Of a DNA stretch of 64,000 nt, positions 58,906 to 64,000 are shown one piece after another. Each line of letters opens with the position of its first letter. Within the stretch, counting starts at the first letter, position 1. The position numbers were made by a program, and so were the translations under genes. Source of the DNA: Malacoraja senta. Taxonomy: Eukaryota. Location of the stretch: assembly GCA_038087875.1 (NCBI GenBank), contig JAXLNO010000079.1, positions 248,001 through 312,000 of the forward strand, given 5' to 3'. The notes under the pieces are model-generated. The model was not told where the DNA came from. It ran no database searches and saw only the letters and a list, made by a program, of their open reading frames with translations.

Positions 58906-61104
58906 TATTTTGTTTTCCAACACACAAAAAATTATACGTTGATAACTTTGGTTACTAAAAAAATGAAAATATCAATTTTCAGTTTTAAATCTCCAAGTGA
59001 CGCTATGTCCCCCTTTACTGCTACTGTATGTTTTAATTAAGTTCAAGACTATGGGGGAGTACATTGGCCATAAAGGTGCCAGAGACCTGGAATTGATCCT
59101 GAATATGGGTGCTGTCTGTATAGAGTTTGCTCCTTTTCCCTTTGATCGCATGGGTTTTCTCCGGGTGCTGTGTTTCCTTCCACATTCCAAAGGTGTGCAG
59201 GAACCTATTTCAGACCCAACCCAAAATGTGATATTTTCCTTTTGTCCAGAGATTCTGTCTGACCTGTTGAGTTACTCCAGCTTTTTGTGTCTATCTTCAG
59301 TTTAAACCAGCATCTGCAGTTCGTTCCTACACACACAATACTATACGATAGAACTTTATTAATCCCAGGAGGGAAATTGTGTGTGTGTGGGTATATATAT
59401 TATACACACACATACACATATATATATTTATATAGTTATATATTTATATATAAATATACAACGTTTTGTTATCTTGTTTATAACATTGTTTACAGAGCAC
59501 TATGTTTACATATTCTGTTGTGCTGCTGCAAGTAAGGATTTCATTGTTCTAACTGGGACGTGAGAGAATAAAACACTCTTAACTCTTGACTTACTCCGCT
59601 AATATGTGGGATAGAACTAGTGTACGGGTGATCGGTGGTCGGCATGGACTCAGTGGGCCGAAGGGCCTGTTTCCACGCTGTATCTTTAAATTAAACTAAA
59701 AACACTAAAACCAGAGGGAGTCTAAAGAAGGTAGTGGTAAATCCGGCTCTGCGAGGCCCCCCTAGATCTCGAGGCCCTAAGCTTAAGCTTGTCAAGTTTA
59801 TACGTAAATCCGGCCCTGCCTACACACATTCAGCTGCCGTTGGAGTTTTATTGTCACGTGTGCAGTCTTGGACAGCACTGCTGCCCCCTGTAGGGTGCTC
59901 TGTACAGTGCATCTAGAGAAGTTGATCAGGATTATTGGAGACATGCTGAACCTGAGCAAGCTGAGGTGATGGTTTGCTTTCCTAGCCGAGCTTGAGTATG
60001 GTTGGACAAGGACAGGTTGTTGGTGATATTGTGCTCGTCTTTAAACTGCCTCTCAGTAAGGTCTGGTATTATGGACACCTGCTCAGTTTATTGGTTTTAC
60101 TTCCAAGATCCTTCACATTAAAGTATATACAATTAACCACTGCCAAACCTTACCTGTTTTCTGGTATTTTTGTTTCCTTTGTTATCTAAACATTCTGCTG
60201 TCTTCGAGACTTATTTACTAAACCTCTGCTTGATCACTTCCACATCCATCTTTGCAACTCACCTTATGCAATGACTCAGATTTCAATAACTCCTGCCAAA
60301 TCAGTTTAAACCATAGGAAGCCTCCTTTACTAACCCCAACCCAACCTGCTTTTGCTTCAGGCCTTGCATCAACACACTGAGGTCCAGCCTACCTGGGGAC
60401 CAGTCTTGGTATCACCTGCACAATCTCTTAAATCCGGCATTCATGTAGACTGTCCCACTTCTCTCTGCATCCCTGCAAAGTCCCTGGTAATTTCCAATTT
60501 GTCGTTGATGTCATTATGAACCTTAACCTCAGACAGAGCGCCCCTCCACCCCCGACCCAAAGAATACTCAGCGTTAATGATGTGCTGCAGAGTTTATTTA
60601 GAGCAAGGTGCGACGCTAGATCCTGAGCTCTTCCAGTGAGGCTGGTTTTGGATCTGTGCAGTGCATTGTACCAACACACTGGGGTCAATATCTAGCAGCT
60701 GATTACATTGTTTTTCCTCAATTTAACCCTTTTTGTATTTTTAATACCAAGCTGAAACCTTTCCCCTTCATTGAATTCCCACACTTACCAAATTCCCAAC
60801 CATTTCACGATGCAACTGCATCCACTGAGTCAGTAAAATCTTCCACCTTCCTGTACAATCAATACATTACAATCAGTTTTATTCATCACATTGCACATAA
60901 AGTGCAAGTGAAATGAATTTGCCAGCAGCGGTACAATGATAAAGAACACACAAAAACACACTAAAAATTTAACACAAACATCCACCACAGCATTCATCAC
61001 TGTGGTGGAAGGCACCAAAATTTGGCCAGTCCTCCTCCATTTCCCCCCCGTAAGCAGTGACTCAGCCTCAGCTGACAGTTAACGACCTTAATGCAAGTGA
61101 CGAG

Positions 61105-62400
61105 TTATAACCATATAACCATATAACAATTACAGCACGGAAACAGGCCATCTCGACCCTTCTAGTCCGTGCCGAACACGTATATTCTCCCCTAGTCCCA
61201 TATACCTGCGCTCAGACCATAACCCTCCATTCCTTTCCCGTCCATATAACTATCCAATTTATTTTTAAATGATAAAAACGAACCTGCCTCCACCACCTTC
61301 ACTGGAAGCTCATTTCACACAGCCACCACTCTCTGAGTAAAGAAGTTCCCCCTCATGTTACCCCTAAACTTCTGTCCCTTAATTCTCAAGTCATCTCCCC
61401 TTGTTTGAATCTTCCCTACTCTCAGTGGGAAAAGCTTATCCATGTCAACTCTGTCTATCCCTCTCATCATTTTAAAGACCTCTATCAAGTCCCCCCTTAA
61501 CCTTCTGCACTCCAAAGAATAAAGCCCTAACTTGTTCAACCTTTCTCTGTAACTTAGTTGCTGAAACCCAGGCAACATTCTAGTAAATCTCCTCTGTACT
61601 CTCTCTATTTTGTTGACATCCTTCCTATAATTAGGCGACCAAAATTGTACACCATACTCCAGAATTGGCCTCACCAATGCCTTGTACAATTTTAACATTA
61701 CATCCCAACTTCTATACTCAATGCTCTGATTTATAAAAGCCAGCACACCAAAAGCTTTCTTTACCACCCTATCTACATGAGATTCCACTTTCAGGAAACT
61801 GTGCACAGTTATTCCAAGATCCCTCTGTTCACCTGCATTCTTCAATTCCCTACCATTTACCATGTACGTCCTATTTTGATTTGTCCTGCCAAGATGTAGC
61901 ACCTCACACTTATCAGCATTAAACTCCATCTGCCATCTTTCAGCCCACTCTTCCAACCGACATAAATCTCTCTGTAGACTTTGAAAATCTACTGCATTAT
62001 CCACAGCCCCACCTATCTTAGTATCATCTGCATACTTACTAATCCAATTTACCACACCATCATCCAGATCATTGATGTACATGACAAACAACAGTGGACC
62101 CAACACAGATCCCTGTGGCACCCCACTAGTCACTGGCCTCCAACCTGACAAACAACCATCCACCATTACTCTCTGGCATCTCCCATTCAGCCACTGTTGA
62201 ATCCATCTTGCTACTCCACCATTAATACCCAACCATTGAACCTTCTTAACCAACCTTCCATGAGGAACCTTGTCAAAGGCCTTACTGAAGTCCATATATA
62301 CAACATCCACGGCTTTACCCTCATCAATTTCCCGAGTAACCTCTTCAAAAAATTCAAGAAGATTAGTCAAACATGACCTTCCAGGCACAAATCCATGTTG
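61105..62400 (-). mobile_element. CR1 LINE family B, 5'-truncated, with an uninterrupted 357-aa RT-region ORF (61315..62388)
   Basis: SCLTNLLEFF, YMDFSKAFDKVPH, GVPQGSVLGP, KYADDTKI; tail (gttatatg)n; near-identical to ~16990-18256. Confidence 0.95.
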
Positions 62401-62549
62401 AGTTATCTCCTACATTCCAGAATCAAAGTGAACCGAACTTTGGTAATAAAGGTGCAGGCAGCACGTGTTTGCACAAACTCAAAGGTGATCTCCAAGCCTG
62501 ATGTATCATGAAAGATGGGCCTTGCATTCAATGTCCAAAAGCCCAAGGT

Positions 62550-62885
62550 CTACCCCGCACCACTCTACCCTGTGCCACTCTCCCCAGCGCCACTCTCCCC
62601 TGCGCCGCACATCTACCCAGCACCACTCTCCCCTTCGACCCCGCACCACTCTACCCCGTGCCACTCTACTCTTCTACCCCGCGCCACTCTCCCCGTGCCA
62701 CTCTCCCCAGCGCCACTCTACCCGCGCCACTCTCCCCTGCGCCACCCATCTACCCAGCACCACTCTCCCCTCTACCCCGCGCTACTCTACCCCGCGCTAC
62801 TCTACCCCACGCCACTCTAATCCGCGTCACTCTCCCCTGCGCCACTCTGCCCCGCGCCACCCTACTCTACGCCACTCTCCCCCGT
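62550..62885. repeat. ~15-16-bp C-rich minisatellite (gcgccactct(a/c)ccc)
   Basis: Tandem array seen directly. Confidence 0.92.
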
Positions 62886-63409
62886 GATGTTGTATATATG
62901 GACTTCAGTAAGGCCTTTGACAAGGTTCCTCACGGAAGGTTGGTTCCTCACGGAAGATTGGGTAAGAAGGTTCAATGGTTGTGCAGGTCTAGTTTCACAA
63001 CTAGACCTGCACAATGTGAACCACTTTACATATCTCGGGATCATCCTCCTCGAAAAGTCTGACATCGGGGTTAAATTCACCATGGCCTTTATTCCCCAAG
63101 CACAGCTGTGGGTAGATTGGGGAAAAGTCTACATGGAGTTATAACTTACTGCTTAATGAACAGTCCTGGGTAATCGTGTGCCGATACTGTAATCAGAACA
63201 TGTTTGTGTACAAACCAATTAAAAAACACTTTCTTACCTGTTTGTGTATTTGCCAAATTGCTAACGTTCCTTTTCTTCTCAAACATTGAGAGTGTGTTGT
63301 CGCCACGAACCAGGACACAACACGGCCACAGTCTCCTGTGGTGCAACTATCCACATCAGTGCACACATGGCGAACCATTAATGATCTTTACATGCATATC
63401 GGGCCACTA

Positions 63410-64000
63410 AAGCCCCTGTCCCGCTTAGGCGATTTTTTCGGCGACTTCAGGCGACTAGGTTGTTGCCACATGGTCGCGGGGTGATGCCTGTATGGTCGTG
63501 AGTTCTCTCCTCAAGTTGCCTAAAGAGTCGTAACGTTTTTCTGGTCGCCGCTGGATTTTGAAATGTTCAAAACTTTTCAGCTACTGTGGGCTTGACGTAG
63601 CTTGTCTTCTCCTGTCGTAGGTGCTGTCGTAGGTTGTCGCCAGGTGACGTTGGTTGTCATCGTTGCTGACTTCGGTGAATTGCATTGGCGACTACCTACG
63701 TCAACCTACTTCAACCGGCGACAGGTACCGGTGACTGAATTGTTTTCAGTTGTTGCCGACAGGGTCGTAGCTTGTCGCGGGTGGACGTAGGTTGACTTTG
63801 GTTGTCGCCTGTGTGGTTGTAGGTTGTCGCCTGTGTGGTCATAGGTTGTTGTAGGTGTGGTCGTAGATGGATGTCCTAATGGGTCGCCGGTTGTCGGTAG
63901 CTTGACGTTGACTAGGTGGTAGGTTGTTGTAGTTTGTCATAGACATTGCCGTAGGAGAGGTCCAGTCGCCGCTTTTTTCGGCGAACCTGCTACGACTGAC
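63410..64000. mobile_element. MITE-like DNA element of the 'cctgtccc.cttaggcgatttt' family, running off the window end
   Basis: taaagcccctgtcccgcttaggcgattttttcggcgac terminus as at 35752 and 37213; internal gtaggttgtc(g) repeats. Confidence 0.6.

Larger units (their letters stand above)
56868..59818. mobile_element. Non-autonomous hAT DNA transposon with nested or captured retroelement fragments
   Basis: Perfect 14-bp TIR CAGGGCCGGATTTA / TAAATCCGGCCCTG; perfect 8-bp TSD CCTACACA (56860-56867 / 59819-59826); subterminal gaggccc motifs. Confidence 0.92.

Overview
Eukaryotic, repeat-dense vertebrate DNA. The repeat repertoire (CR1/HER1-like LINEs, HE1/V-SINE-like SINEs, Penelope-derived repeats) suggests a cartilaginous fish such as a skate, ray or shark; this is inference. 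The only host gene I can support is SLC12A9 (CIP1/CCC9) on the + strand. Two small consecutive coding exons (2280-2362 and 31468-31592) are separated by a 29.1-kb intron, and I did not find the next exon before the window ends. Everything else is intronic: several CR1 families, Rex1/Babar-like fragments, Penelope-like (GIY-YIG) pieces carrying hammerhead-ribozyme-like cores, two related non-autonomous Helitrons, and three hAT-type DNA elements. One hAT transposase is cut into three parts by two LINE insertions, each with a TSD. There is also a decayed but structurally complete DIRS1-type element, a young ORF1-only L1-like element (intact ORF1, structured 3' region, A30 tail, no ORF2), a 5.85-kb GAGT/GGGC/GGGT satellite packed with perfect 5' splice-site motifs on the gene's sense strand, and several minisatellites. 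Element boundaries are exact where TSDs or termini are cited and approximate otherwise. All family assignments come from motif recognition, not database searches.
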